A DNA stretch of 64,000 bases, taken from an uncultured Pelagibacteraceae bacterium. Its GTDB lineage: Bacteria > Pseudomonadota > Alphaproteobacteria > Pelagibacterales > Pelagibacteraceae. Position numbers and translations under genes: made by a program. This document shows positions 29,645 through 39,558 of this stretch, one piece after another. Location of the stretch: assembly GCA_902539745.1 (NCBI GenBank), contig CACBKA010000005.1:10957-74956 (forward strand). The letters are read 5' to 3'. The first letter of the stretch is position 1; each line of letters opens with the position of its first letter. The notes beneath the pieces were generated by a model, which saw only the letters and a list, made by a program, of their open reading frames with translations, made no database searches and was not told the DNA's origin.

Positions 29645-31584
29645 GATAAACACTCCTCATATTTGTTCTCCTCATTATCTGATTCTTTTTTATTTGAATA
29701 AACATTCTTTGTCACATCTGTTGATGAACCTGAATTAATATTTTCTGCTCTTTGTATAGATTTAGATCTACAGTAATAGAGGCTTTTAAGTCCTTTTTTC
29801 CACGCTTGAAAATGAAGTTGGTGAAGATCTTTTTTGTGCACATCAGCTGGGACAAAAACGTTAACTGATTGTGCTTGTGAAACATGTGGTGTTCTATCTG
29901 CACCTAGTTCTACAATCCATCTTTGATCAATTTCAAAAGCTGTTTTAAAAGTTTCTTTTTCTTCTTTTGTTAAAAAATCTAAATGAGATACCGAACCTTG
30001 GTTAGTGGTAATACTTGACCAAATTTCATCAGTGTTTTTATTATATTTTTCTAGGACCTCAGTTAAATATTTATTTCTAACGTTATATGAACCAGACAAT
30101 GTTTTGTGGGTGTAACTATTTGCAGCAATAGGTTCTATACCAGGTGAAGCGCCGCCACAAATTATAGATATAGATGCCGTTGGCGCAATTGCGGTCTTAT
30201 TCGAAAATCTCTCTTTAATTCCAAACTCTTCAGCATCAGGGCATGCGCCTCTTTCTTCGGCTAAATCTTTTGAAGCTTTATTAACTTTTTCATCTATATT
30301 TTTAAATATTTTTTTGTTCCAAACTTTGCTCATCACAGATCCAAAAGGAATACCTTTTTTTTGAAAAAATGAGTGTAAACCCATCACTCCTAGACCCACG
30401 CTTCTTTCTCTTGCTGCTGCGTATTTTGCATTTGCAAAACTATCTGGGGCTTTGTTTATAAAATCTTCGAGAACATTATCTAAAAACCTCATAACATCTT
30501 CTACAAAATTTTTATCGTCTTTCCATTCATCATATTTTTCTACATTTAAGGATGATAAACAACAAACTGCTGTTCTTTCTTTTCCATCTCTGTCCTTACC
30601 GGTTGGAAGTGTAATTTCACTGCACAGGTTAGATGTTTTTACTGTTAGACCAGCTAATTTATGATGCTGAGGGATTTGACGATTAACTGTATCAATATAA
30701 ACAATATATGGTTCACCTGTTTCAACTCTAGCTGTAAGTAATCTAATCCATAAATTCCTTGCAGAAAGTGAACTTTGTACAGAACCATCTTTAGGACTAC
30801 GCAGTGCCCATTGACTGTCGGTTTCTACAGCTCTCATAAATGCATCTGAAACTAAAACGCCATGGTGTAAATTTAGAGACCGTCTATTTGTGTCCCCACC
30901 TGTTGGTCTTCTCATTTCGATAAATTCTTCAATTTCAGGATGATCAATTGGCAAGTAGCATGCGGCAGAACCTCTTCTTAAAGAGCCCTGGCTAATTGCC
31001 AGTGTAAGAGAGTCCATCACTTTAATAAAAGGAATTATTCCAGATGTTTTTCCAACCTTTCCAATTTTTTCACCTATTGATCTTAGATTACCCCAGTAAC
31101 TTCCTATACCACCGCCTCTTGCAGCTAACCAAACATTTTCACTCCAAAGTCCTAATATGCCTTCAAGACTATCTCCGGCTTCATTTAAAAAACAAGATAT
31201 TGGCAAACCTCTTTCTGTTCCACCGTTAGACAATACTGGCGTGGCTGGCATAAACCAAAGGTTACTAATGTAATTGTAAAGTCTTTGTGCGTGTAGATTG
31301 TCATCAGCATAAGTGCTTGCAACTCTCGCAAATAGATCTTGGTAAGACTCATCTTGTCCCAAATATCTGTCGCTAAGAGTAGCTCTTCCAAAATCTGTTA
31401 AGTTTTTATCTCTAGATCTATCTATTTTTATTGTTATACCCTTGTCATTCTGAAATAATTCTGTTTGATCGTTTAATGAAAATAAGTCTGGTTTTTTATT
31501 ATTTAGTTCTTCTAGACTGCTTTTCTCAATCCTATCTAGGTTTAGGACAGCTTTTTCTATCGCCAAAGACACGTTTTTATTCAT
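29635..31584 (-). CDS. nrdA: Ribonucleotide reductase class I alpha subunit, without a recognisable ATP-cone
   Basis: 649 aa. LSNGG, NLCSEI and C-terminal redox-shuttle pair ECLSCQ. The N-terminus goes directly into the helical domain. Confidence 0.9.
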   Translation of the reverse strand: MNKNVSLAIEKAVLNLDRIEKSSLEELNNKKPDLFSLNDQTELFQNDKGITIKIDRSRDKNLTDFGRATLSDRYLGQDESYQDLFARVASTYADDNLHAQRLYNYISNLWFMPATPVLSNGGTERGLPISCFLNEAGDSLEGILGLWSENVWLAARGGGIGSYWGNLRSIGEKIGKVGKTSGIIPFIKVMDSLTLAISQGSLRRGSAACYLPIDHPEIEEFIEMRRPTGGDTNRRSLNLHHGVLVSDAFMRAVETDSQWALRSPKDGSVQSSLSARNLWIRLLTARVETGEPYIVYIDTVNRQIPQHHKLAGLTVKTSNLCSEITLPTGKDRDGKERTAVCCLSSLNVEKYDEWKDDKNFVEDVMRFLDNVLEDFINKAPDSFANAKYAAARERSVGLGVMGLHSFFQKKGIPFGSVMSKVWNKKIFKNIDEKVNKASKDLAEERGACPDAEEFGIKERFSNKTAIAPTASISIICGGASPGIEPIAANSYTHKTLSGSYNVRNKYLTEVLEKYNKNTDEIWSSITTNQGSVSHLDFLTKEEKETFKTAFEIDQRWIVELGADRTPHVSQAQSVNVFVPADVHKKDLHQLHFQAWKKGLKSLYYCRSKSIQRAENINSGSSTDVTKNVYSNKKESDNEENKYEECLSCQ

Positions 31585-31766
31585 AATATCCTTATTAATC
31601 GATTTTTAGAGCAAAACAACTACATGTTGTGTTACATATACATTGATACACCATATAGGAGTAAAATCAATAGAACATTATAAGAACATTCAATTTAATT
31701 TGCAAGTGTAAAATTTGTTAATAAAAATTTATAAAAAAAGCCCTAATTCAATAGTATTTATTGTTA

Positions 31767-33209
31767 ATGAAAATTAATCCTAATGGTTTTAGAGAATACG
31801 ATGCGAGGTGGTTATTTCAAAAAGAAATCGATATAGATGGAATCAAGGATTTAGGAAAAGGTTTGGGGTCTCAGGTAATTAAACATACTAAAAAAACAAA
31901 TCCAAGAATAATAGTTGGTCATGATTATAGATCATACAGTGAAAAAATAAAAAAAGCTCTTATTGAAGGGTTAACTTCAACAGGATGTTATGTTGAAGAT
32001 GTGGGACTATCTTTGTCTCCAATGGTTTACTACGCACAATTCAATTTAAAATCAGATGCGATAGCAATGGTTACAGCTAGTCATAATGAAAATGGATGGA
32101 CAGGAGTAAAAATGGGAATAAAAAAAGGTTTAACTCATGCTCCAGATGAAATGTTAGAATTAAAGAACTTAACTTTAAATAAACACTTTATTGTAGGCAA
32201 GGGAGAGGTAAAGAAAATAGAAGATTTTAAACAAATTTATATAAATGATTTAATAAAAAAAAATAAGGTTTCAAAAAAAATTAAAGCTGTTGTTGCATGC
32301 GGTAATGGGACTGCAGGTATTTTTGCTCCACAAATTTTAAAAGGTATTGGGTGTGAGGTAATTGAATTAGATTGCAATTTAGATTGGACTTTTCCAAAGT
32401 ACAATCCTAATCCAGAGGACTTAAATATGCTTCATGCTATATCAAAAGTAGTCAAAGAAAATAATGCAGATATCGGGTTTGGTTTTGATGGTGATGGAGA
32501 TAGATGTGGAGTAATTGATAATGAAGGTAATGAAATTTTTTCAGATAAAATTGGTTTACTAATTGCAAGGAATTTATCAGATAAATACAAAAATTCAAAA
32601 TTTATTGTAGATGTTAAATCAACAGGTCTTTATTCAAGAGATAAAGTCTTAAAAGAAAATAAATGTAAAACGATTTATTGGAAAACTGGCCATTCACATA
32701 TTAAGAGGAAGGTACATTTAGAAAATGCATTAGCTGGGTTTGAGAAAAGTGGTCATTTCTTTTTTAACAAACCTCTAGGTTATGGTTACGATGATGGAAT
32801 AAATTCATCTATTCAAGTCTGTCATTTAATTGATATTAAAAATAAAAAAATTAGCGAAATTATTAAAGAATTACCAAAAACTTTTCAGTCACCAACAATG
32901 GCTCCTTTTTGCAAAGATGAAAATAAATATCAAGTTGTAAATGATATAGTTAAAAAGATTGAAGAACTAAAAAGTAAAAAAATCAAAATAGATGAACAGA
33001 ATATATCCGAAATCTCAACAATTAATGGAATTAGATTTACTTTAGAAGATGGATCATGGGGCTTAGTACGTGCATCCTCTAACAAACCATCGTTAGTTGT
33101 TGTAGTCGAAAGTCCTTCATCAGAAAAAAGGAAAAAAAATATTTTTGATTTTATTGATAGTCTCCTCAAAAAGACGAATAAAATTGGTGAATACGACCAA
33201 AAAATTTAA
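31767..33209 (+). CDS. Phosphomannomutase / phosphoglucomutase
   Basis: Phosphoserine loop TASHNENGWTG and metal loop GFDGDGDRCG. ATG at 31767 (the track uses TTG at 31761). Confidence 0.85.
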   Translation: MKINPNGFREYDARWLFQKEIDIDGIKDLGKGLGSQVIKHTKKTNPRIIVGHDYRSYSEKIKKALIEGLTSTGCYVEDVGLSLSPMVYYAQFNLKSDAIAMVTASHNENGWTGVKMGIKKGLTHAPDEMLELKNLTLNKHFIVGKGEVKKIEDFKQIYINDLIKKNKVSKKIKAVVACGNGTAGIFAPQILKGIGCEVIELDCNLDWTFPKYNPNPEDLNMLHAISKVVKENNADIGFGFDGDGDRCGVIDNEGNEIFSDKIGLLIARNLSDKYKNSKFIVDVKSTGLYSRDKVLKENKCKTIYWKTGHSHIKRKVHLENALAGFEKSGHFFFNKPLGYGYDDGINSSIQVCHLIDIKNKKISEIIKELPKTFQSPTMAPFCKDENKYQVVNDIVKKIEELKSKKIKIDEQNISEISTINGIRFTLEDGSWGLVRASSNKPSLVVVVESPSSEKRKKNIFDFIDSLLKKTNKIGEYDQKI

Positions 33210-34036
33210 AAATTAAAATATTCATACAAAAACCTGCTTGCTATAACTATTAAGAAAAAACCAAAAAGTTTTGCTATTATTTCTCTTTTGATTTTATGAA
33301 CTGATGTTGCGCCAACTTTTGCCATTATAATTGTAATTGGAATAAATATTAAAAAAGCAGGAATATTTATAAAGCCAGTACTTAAAGGGATATTTTTTTG
33401 CATAATTAACCCCGTGCTTAAAAATCCTATTGTGCCAAATATTGATATTAAAAAGCCAATTGAAGCAGCAGTTCCTATTGCTTTATTAATAGTGTATCCA
33501 ACAAATTTTAAGATAGGTACGTTCATAATGGCTCCTCCTATACCCATTAAAGAAGATATAAAACCCACAACAAAACCAAATGTAGTTCTTTGAATTAGAT
33601 TAAACTTTATTTTTAATTTTGTTTTATCTTTTAAGAAAATTAAATTTAATGCGAGAAGATAAATAATTAAGCTAAAAAAAAGCACCAATGATTTTGTATC
33701 CATTAAAGCAGCTGAAAAGGCACCAATTACAACACCAATTACAACAAATATTCCATAAGTTTTTAAAATATTTAAATCGACTGCTTTATGTTTGTAATGT
33801 GTGTAAACAGACATCATGGCTGTTGGAACAATTATTGCAAAGGAAGTTCCTACAGATAAATGCATTATTAGGGACTTATCAATACCTATTGAATTAAAAA
33901 TATAAAAAAGACATGGTACAGTTATAATGCCTCCGCCGATCCCAAAAAAACCTGCAAAGAATCCAGCTATAGTGGCGGTTATTGCCATTACAATTAATAA
34001 AAATAATACTTGGTCAGATCCAAACGTTTCAATCAT
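33206..34036 (-). CDS. TauE/SafE family (DUF81) anion exporter membrane protein
   Basis: 276 aa, about 8 TM helices, duplicated GxGGG motifs (GIGGGIITVP, GIGGAIMNVP). Confidence 0.8.
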   Translation of the reverse strand: MIETFGSDQVLFLLIVMAITATIAGFFAGFFGIGGGIITVPCLFYIFNSIGIDKSLIMHLSVGTSFAIIVPTAMMSVYTHYKHKAVDLNILKTYGIFVVIGVVIGAFSAALMDTKSLVLFFSLIIYLLALNLIFLKDKTKLKIKFNLIQRTTFGFVVGFISSLMGIGGAIMNVPILKFVGYTINKAIGTAASIGFLISIFGTIGFLSTGLIMQKNIPLSTGFINIPAFLIFIPITIIMAKVGATSVHKIKREIIAKLFGFFLIVIASRFLYEYFNF

Positions 34037-35025
34037 TGAGATGCTTGGTTAGCTTTTTCATTATTCTGAGCGATTGTCATTATATGTTGTACTTTTTGAA
34101 AATCTGAGTCCCTTGCCATCATATTGTCACTTAAATACCTCTTCCATTTATTTGCTCCGCTCTGACCATGGTACAATCCAACTGTATGTCGCATTATTTG
34201 GTTTACTCTAGTGCCTTTTTTTACTTCATCTTTAACATACTCAACTAACTTTTCTGCAATTTCAGATCTTGTTGGAATATTGGTATTATTAAATATCCTT
34301 TTTTCAATATCAGCCAAAAAATATGGATTTTGATAAATAGCCCTTCCAATCATTACACCATCACATTTGTTTAGATGTGTAATAATTTGATCTGAATTAG
34401 TAATTCCACCATTTAAAATTATTTCTAGATCTTTATTATTTCTTTTTATTTCGTAAACCATAGGATAATTTAATTTAGGTATCTTCAAATTTTCTTTTGG
34501 TGTAAGGCCTTTTAAAATTGCTCTTCTAGCATGCAATATTATTGTTTTGCAACCAGCTTCTGAAATTTTTTTTACAAAAGAGTTTAGATACTCAAACGTT
34601 TCTGTATTATCAAAACCTATTCGTGTTTTTGCTGTTACTGGTATTTTACAGTTTTGAACCATACTACTTATACAATCTGCTACCAATTCTGGTTCTTTGA
34701 TTAAACAAGCTCCAAACTTATTTTTTTGAACTTTTTTACTTGGACAACCCAAGTTTATATTAATTTCATCATAACCCATATCTTCTGCTATTTTACATAC
34801 CTCAATTAACTCTTTTTGGTTTGAGCCACCAATTTGAAGTGCTAAAGGCTTTTCAATTTTGTTAAATCCTAAAATTTTTTTTCTATCCCCGTGAATTGCT
34901 GATTTTGTTGCAACCATCTCTGTATAAAGCATTACATTTCTGCTCATTAAACGTAAAAAAAATCTTTCGTGACGATCTGTACAATCCATCATTGGAGCCA
35001 CACTCACAGTTCTATTTATTTTCAT
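34033..35025 (-). CDS. dusA: tRNA-dihydrouridine synthase A
   Basis: N-terminus VAPMMDCTDRHERFFLR, and NLGCPS. 330 aa. Confidence 0.9.
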   Translation of the reverse strand: MKINRTVSVAPMMDCTDRHERFFLRLMSRNVMLYTEMVATKSAIHGDRKKILGFNKIEKPLALQIGGSNQKELIEVCKIAEDMGYDEININLGCPSKKVQKNKFGACLIKEPELVADCISSMVQNCKIPVTAKTRIGFDNTETFEYLNSFVKKISEAGCKTIILHARRAILKGLTPKENLKIPKLNYPMVYEIKRNNKDLEIILNGGITNSDQIITHLNKCDGVMIGRAIYQNPYFLADIEKRIFNNTNIPTRSEIAEKLVEYVKDEVKKGTRVNQIMRHTVGLYHGQSGANKWKRYLSDNMMARDSDFQKVQHIMTIAQNNEKANQASQ

Positions 35026-35033
35026 AATATTTG

Positions 35034-35777
35034 TTATGTTTTGTCTTTAGGTAAAAAAATATAATTATCTCCAATTTGCTTGATTAATTTATATCCTAAA
35101 TTTATGACATAGTTAATAATTTCATCGTTAGTAGTCTGCATACTTTCGAGATTTCTTTTGTTATTATTCCATATTTCCACAATTATAATTGGTTTATACT
35201 TTATTATTTTATTTTTTCCCCCTTTTAAAACCTCATACTCTTTACCTTCAACATCAGCTAATAAAATATCAAAATTTGAAATATTTAAATCATCTAACTT
35301 TTTCATTTCATTAGAATATTTTTTACTATGAATATTAGATGAAAGTCTTTTGTTTGATATATCGTCGTCTGTGATTACATGCATACCGCCTGTATTATTT
35401 TTAATTCTAATATTTTCATTATCTAGAAAATAGATTTTTTTATTTTCATCACCTATTGCTAAATTAAAAACTTCAATATTTTTTAAATTATTAATCTTGA
35501 TATGCTCTTCCAAATGTTCAAATGTGAGTGGATATGCTTCAATCGCTGTAACTTTTTCAATATATTTAGAAATTGGTAGAGCCACTGTTCCTATATGGCA
35601 ACCAATGTTAAGAAAATGTTTTAAATTAAATTTTTTGATTAATTGTCCAATTATAAAGAGAATATTATTATTCCATTGGATATTGTTTACAAGAGATTTT
35701 TGTATTAGATCATTTTCGTTTTTAATAATATATTTAATTTCGTTGATTTTAACAGTCTGTTTAAGATTTTTTATCAT
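35034..35777 (-). CDS. FkbM family methyltransferase
   Basis: NIGCHIGTVALP...AIEAYPLTFEHL...VFNLAIGDE pattern. 247 aa. Confidence 0.7.
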   Translation of the reverse strand: MIKNLKQTVKINEIKYIIKNENDLIQKSLVNNIQWNNNILFIIGQLIKKFNLKHFLNIGCHIGTVALPISKYIEKVTAIEAYPLTFEHLEEHIKINNLKNIEVFNLAIGDENKKIYFLDNENIRIKNNTGGMHVITDDDISNKRLSSNIHSKKYSNEMKKLDDLNISNFDILLADVEGKEYEVLKGGKNKIIKYKPIIIVEIWNNNKRNLESMQTTNDEIINYVINLGYKLIKQIGDNYIFLPKDKT

Positions 35778-35821
35778 AAGTCCAAAATATTTTAAAAACT
35801 TTTGGAATTATATCAGATAAA

Positions 35822-36292
35822 TTATTTTTTTTCTTCTTCGGCCGTTAAAGGTTTTTCTTCTGTTTCTGATTTAACTTCTTCTGTCAATTGGAGAGTTGTT
35901 TCTGGCTCTTTTTTTTCATTTGTAGAAGAACTATTTTGGATGGGGGCTTTTCTCATTCTTTTAGAAGGTAATATTGCTACACCACTTTTTGAAACTTCTC
36001 CTTTATATTCTTTCTCAAAATCATCATTTGAAACTTCTTCTTCGATTACTTCTTCATCACTTTCGTTAGGTTCTTTTCTCAATCTTAGAACTGCGTTCTT
36101 TTTCAGTTCATTAATGTCGAGTTTTCCTTCTCCTATTTCTCTTAAAGCTACTACAGTATTTTTGTCGTTATCTTTTTCTACAAGCATTTCAGCTCCAGAA
36201 TTTAATTGAGAAGTTCTCTCTTTTGCCAAGAGAACTAAGTCATATTGATTATCAATTTTTTTTAAACAGTCTTCTACAGTGATACGTGCCAT
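35822..36292 (-). CDS. rpoZ: RNA polymerase omega subunit with a long acidic C-terminal extension
   Basis: [30 protein letters not shown] is the canonical omega N-terminus. I place the start at ATG 36292, not 36304. Confidence 0.85.
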   Translation of the reverse strand: MARITVEDCLKKIDNQYDLVLLAKERTSQLNSGAEMLVEKDNDKNTVVALREIGEGKLDINELKKNAVLRLRKEPNESDEEVIEEEVSNDDFEKEYKGEVSKSGVAILPSKRMRKAPIQNSSSTNEKKEPETTLQLTEEVKSETEEKPLTAEEEKK

Positions 36293-36329
36293 AAATCTGA
36301 GCAATAAGTATTAAAAAGAATTCAAGAAA

Positions 36330-37553
36330 TCAAGTTTTTTGTTGAATATTTTTAGGTTCAATCGAGCTTTTTATAAAAACTAACATAATTAATGTTATAC
36401 TTACATACAAAGCGCTAATCATTGCAATATTTTCAATCGAATATCCATTATCAATTAAAAAACCGAAAAGTGCTGTTCCAAAAGCAGTTGAAAAAACCAT
36501 TAAAGCAGTCGTAAGTGCTCTAATTCCTCCAAGAAATCTAACCCCATAAATTTCAGCCCATAATGAAGAGCCCAAAACATTTGCCAACCCATTTGATGCG
36601 CCCATTAATCCAAAAAATATGTAAGCATAAAAAGGATTATCAAATACATATAAAATAATAAGTCCAATAAGAAGAGGTATGTTTACAAAGGGTATAAGTT
36701 TTCTGCTTGTAAACTTGTCAACCAAAAAACCAGAAAATATTAAAGTCAAAATTGAAATTATAGAATAAATCATAAACGATTTTGGTATTACATAAATATT
36801 CCATAATTTTGACTCAGCTATAAAAGATTGATAAATGAATATTCCTGTAGCAATCCAAGGTAATGCTAGCATGTTTAAAGCTATGATATAAAACCTAAAG
36901 TCTTTTAATACCTCAGATCTTTTCCAACTTTTTATGTCAATGAAATTTTTATTTTTAATATTTGTGTCTTCTCTTGAGTCAATTGTAATATTTTTAATTG
37001 TATAGAAAACTACTAACGGTAAAACTATTATAATAATAATTGAAATTAAATGCCATATAATTCTCCATGAGTAAAAGGTTAACAAAAAAACAATTAGCAC
37101 TGGTAGAATAAATTCGGCTGAAGAAAGCCCGAACCAAATTCCACTTAACGCTCTTCCTCGTCTTTCAGTAAAATATCTTGAAATTGTTGTAGATGAAGTG
37201 TGTGACATTAACCCTTGACCAGAAAATCTCATTAAAAAAATTCCAAAAATTAATAAATAAATATTATTTATGAAAGAGAAAAATACCGATGAAAAAAATA
37301 AAATACCTATAACAACTATTGAATAGTTCAATAGTTTATACTCATCAATTTTTTTTCCAAACCAAATTAAAACAATACTTGAGCAAATAGTGGCTATTGC
37401 ATAAATTGTGCCAAATTGTCCATGTGATATGTCAAGCTCATTTCTAATACTAGGATTAAATAGCCCAAGAAAAAAACTCTGTCCAAAACTTGAAAAAAAT
37501 GTAAATATAAATCCAAATAATAATACTTTTTTATTTAAACTAAGGTTAAACAT
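36330..37553 (-). CDS. MFS transporter
   Basis: 407 aa, about 12 TM helices, MFS loop motif (RFSGQG / ERRGRA). Confidence 0.8.
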   Translation of the reverse strand: MFNLSLNKKVLLFGFIFTFFSSFGQSFFLGLFNPSIRNELDISHGQFGTIYAIATICSSIVLIWFGKKIDEYKLLNYSIVVIGILFFSSVFFSFINNIYLLIFGIFLMRFSGQGLMSHTSSTTISRYFTERRGRALSGIWFGLSSAEFILPVLIVFLLTFYSWRIIWHLISIIIIIVLPLVVFYTIKNITIDSREDTNIKNKNFIDIKSWKRSEVLKDFRFYIIALNMLALPWIATGIFIYQSFIAESKLWNIYVIPKSFMIYSIISILTLIFSGFLVDKFTSRKLIPFVNIPLLIGLIILYVFDNPFYAYIFFGLMGASNGLANVLGSSLWAEIYGVRFLGGIRALTTALMVFSTAFGTALFGFLIDNGYSIENIAMISALYVSITLIMLVFIKSSIEPKNIQQKT

Positions 37554-37555
37554 TT

Positions 37556-38422
37556 ATGAGTAAAGTTTCTTTCATAGGTTTAGGTGTTATGGGTTACCCC
37601 ATGGCTGGTTATATATCAAAAGCAGGCCATGATGTAACTGTTTATAACAGAACAAAGTCAAAAGCAGAAAAGTGGATCAAAGAATACAAAGGTAAATCAG
37701 CTGATACTCCAATGGACGCAGCTAAAGACAGTGACTTTATCTTTACATGCGTAGGAAACGATAATGATTTAAGAGAGGTGACTCTTGGAGATAGAGGATT
37801 GTTTAAAACTGCTAAGAAGAGTTCAGTTTACATTGATAATACAACTGCATCTGCAAATATTGCTAGAGAACTTTATAAAGAAGCTAAAACAAAAGAGTTT
37901 GATTTTTTAGATGCTCCAATATCTGGGGGGCAAGCAGGAGCGGAAGGTGGCACTTTAACTGTGATGGTTGGTGGAGATGAAATCGCATATAAAAAGGCTG
38001 AACCCATTATTGATTGTTACAGTAAAAAAATAAAATTATTAGGCCCTTCAGGAAGTGGTCAGTTAACTAAAATGGTAAATCAAATATGTATTGCTGGTGT
38101 TGTTCAGGGTTTATCTGAGGCTATTAATTTTGGGATGAACGCTGGTTTAAATATGATTGATGTCATTGAAGTGATATCAAAAGGAGCGGCTCAGTCATGG
38201 CAGATGGAAAATAGACATAAAACAATGATTGAAGATAAGTTTGACTACGGATTTGCAGTCGACTGGATGAGAAAAGATTTAAAAATAGCCATGGATGAAG
38301 CAAAAAAAAATAATTCACCTCTACCAATAACTAAAATAATTGACGAATATTATGCTGAAGTTCAGAAAATGGGTGGACAAAGATGGGATACTTCGAGCTT
38401 GATAAAAAGATTTAGAAAATAG
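37556..38422 (+). CDS. NAD(P)-dependent 3-hydroxyisobutyrate dehydrogenase family oxidoreductase
   Basis: N-terminal FIGLGVMGYPMAG Rossmann motif and DAPISGG. 288 aa. Confidence 0.85.
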   Translation: MSKVSFIGLGVMGYPMAGYISKAGHDVTVYNRTKSKAEKWIKEYKGKSADTPMDAAKDSDFIFTCVGNDNDLREVTLGDRGLFKTAKKSSVYIDNTTASANIARELYKEAKTKEFDFLDAPISGGQAGAEGGTLTVMVGGDEIAYKKAEPIIDCYSKKIKLLGPSGSGQLTKMVNQICIAGVVQGLSEAINFGMNAGLNMIDVIEVISKGAAQSWQMENRHKTMIEDKFDYGFAVDWMRKDLKIAMDEAKKNNSPLPITKIIDEYYAEVQKMGGQRWDTSSLIKRFRK

Positions 38423-38425
38423 ATT

Positions 38426-39034
38426 GTGTCTAAAGAAGTAAGCTATTACGAAAATTCACAAGAAATCGAAAAAAAAATTTGGAAGCTTTTGACAAATGCA
38501 GTTAAGGACAGATCTTCTGAATTCAGAACTCCAACTTTTATATGTGGTAATGGTAAAGATATTGATGGACGAGTGGTTGTTTTAAGAAAAGCAGATCAAC
38601 AGAATAATATTATTCAATACCATAGCGATATAAGATCATCAAAAATAGAGAAGATTAAAAACAATCCAAATTGCTCAATATTATTTTATGGAAAAGAAGA
38701 AAAAATACAATTGAGAATTAAAGCTGTTTGCGAAATAAATTATAATAATAAAGTTACTAAAGAGTCTTGGGAAAAGACAGGCCATATTAGTAGAAAATGT
38801 TATTTAGTTTCTAATAGTCCTGGAACAAAATCAGATATACCAACTTCAGGTTTAGATAATAAATTTGATAACTTTGACTTCACAAAAAAAGAAAGTGAAG
38901 AAGGGTATAAGAATTTTTGTGTTATTAGATGTAAAATAAAAAGTATTGAGTGGCTTTACTTGGCAGCAAAAGGACATCGGAGAGCTTTAATTGATTTAAA
39001 TGGACCAAAAAATTTTACCTGGTTAGTTCCTTAA
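38426..39034 (+). CDS. Pyridoxamine 5'-phosphate oxidase-like FMN-binding protein
   Basis: 202 aa, split-barrel-like pattern (RTPTFICGNG...GRVVVLRK). GTG start. Confidence 0.55.
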   Translation: MSKEVSYYENSQEIEKKIWKLLTNAVKDRSSEFRTPTFICGNGKDIDGRVVVLRKADQQNNIIQYHSDIRSSKIEKIKNNPNCSILFYGKEEKIQLRIKAVCEINYNNKVTKESWEKTGHISRKCYLVSNSPGTKSDIPTSGLDNKFDNFDFTKKESEEGYKNFCVIRCKIKSIEWLYLAAKGHRRALIDLNGPKNFTWLVP

Positions 39035-39538
39035 TTATTTTTTATACTTTTTAGATCCATCAACATAGTGTTGTGCATTTTCGTGGATAGCTTTAATTTC
39101 TTCTTCTGTAACTTTTCTTAAAACTCTTCCTGGGCTTCCAACAACCAAAGAATTGTCTGGAATGATTTTATGTTCTGTAATCAAACTGTTAGCACCAATT
39201 ATACAATTTTTTCCAATTTTAGCATTGTTTAAAATAATACTTCCTATACCAATCAATGTATCATCACCTATTTGGCAACCATGTAGCATAACCATGTGTC
39301 CAACAGTTACACCTTTACCAACATTTAATTTAAATCCTGGGTCAGTATGAAGTACACTTCCATCCTGTATATTAGAGTTTTCACCAATTGTTATTGGTTC
39401 AATATCTCCTCGAAGTACAGCATTAAACCAAATACTTGAATTTTTTTCTAATTTAATCTTTCCTATAAGTGTAGCATTTGCTGCGACCCATGCTTCAGGG
39501 TGAACCTCAGGTACATTTTTTTCGAAGTCATAAATCAT
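39035..39538 (-). CDS. Gamma carbonic anhydrase family (hexapeptide repeat) protein
   Basis: 167 aa. LRGDIEPITIGENSNIQDGSVLH and GHMVMLHGC motifs. Confidence 0.85.
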   Translation of the reverse strand: MIYDFEKNVPEVHPEAWVAANATLIGKIKLEKNSSIWFNAVLRGDIEPITIGENSNIQDGSVLHTDPGFKLNVGKGVTVGHMVMLHGCQIGDDTLIGIGSIILNNAKIGKNCIIGANSLITEHKIIPDNSLVVGSPGRVLRKVTEEEIKAIHENAQHYVDGSKKYKK

Positions 39539-39558
39539 ATTTTTATGTATAATACATT

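Noticed and set aside
35782-35805. CCAAAA-n12-TTTTGG inverted repeat between rpoZ and the FkbM methyltransferase gene
   Set aside because: It has only a 6-bp, mostly A/T stem with a large loop, so it is not distinguishable from chance.
35802-36209. 135-aa Ser-rich plus-strand ORF
   Set aside because: It is a shadow ORF antisense to the acidic tail of rpoZ. GAA/GAT-rich codons read as TTC/ATC-rich on the other strand. It is low complexity with no start context.
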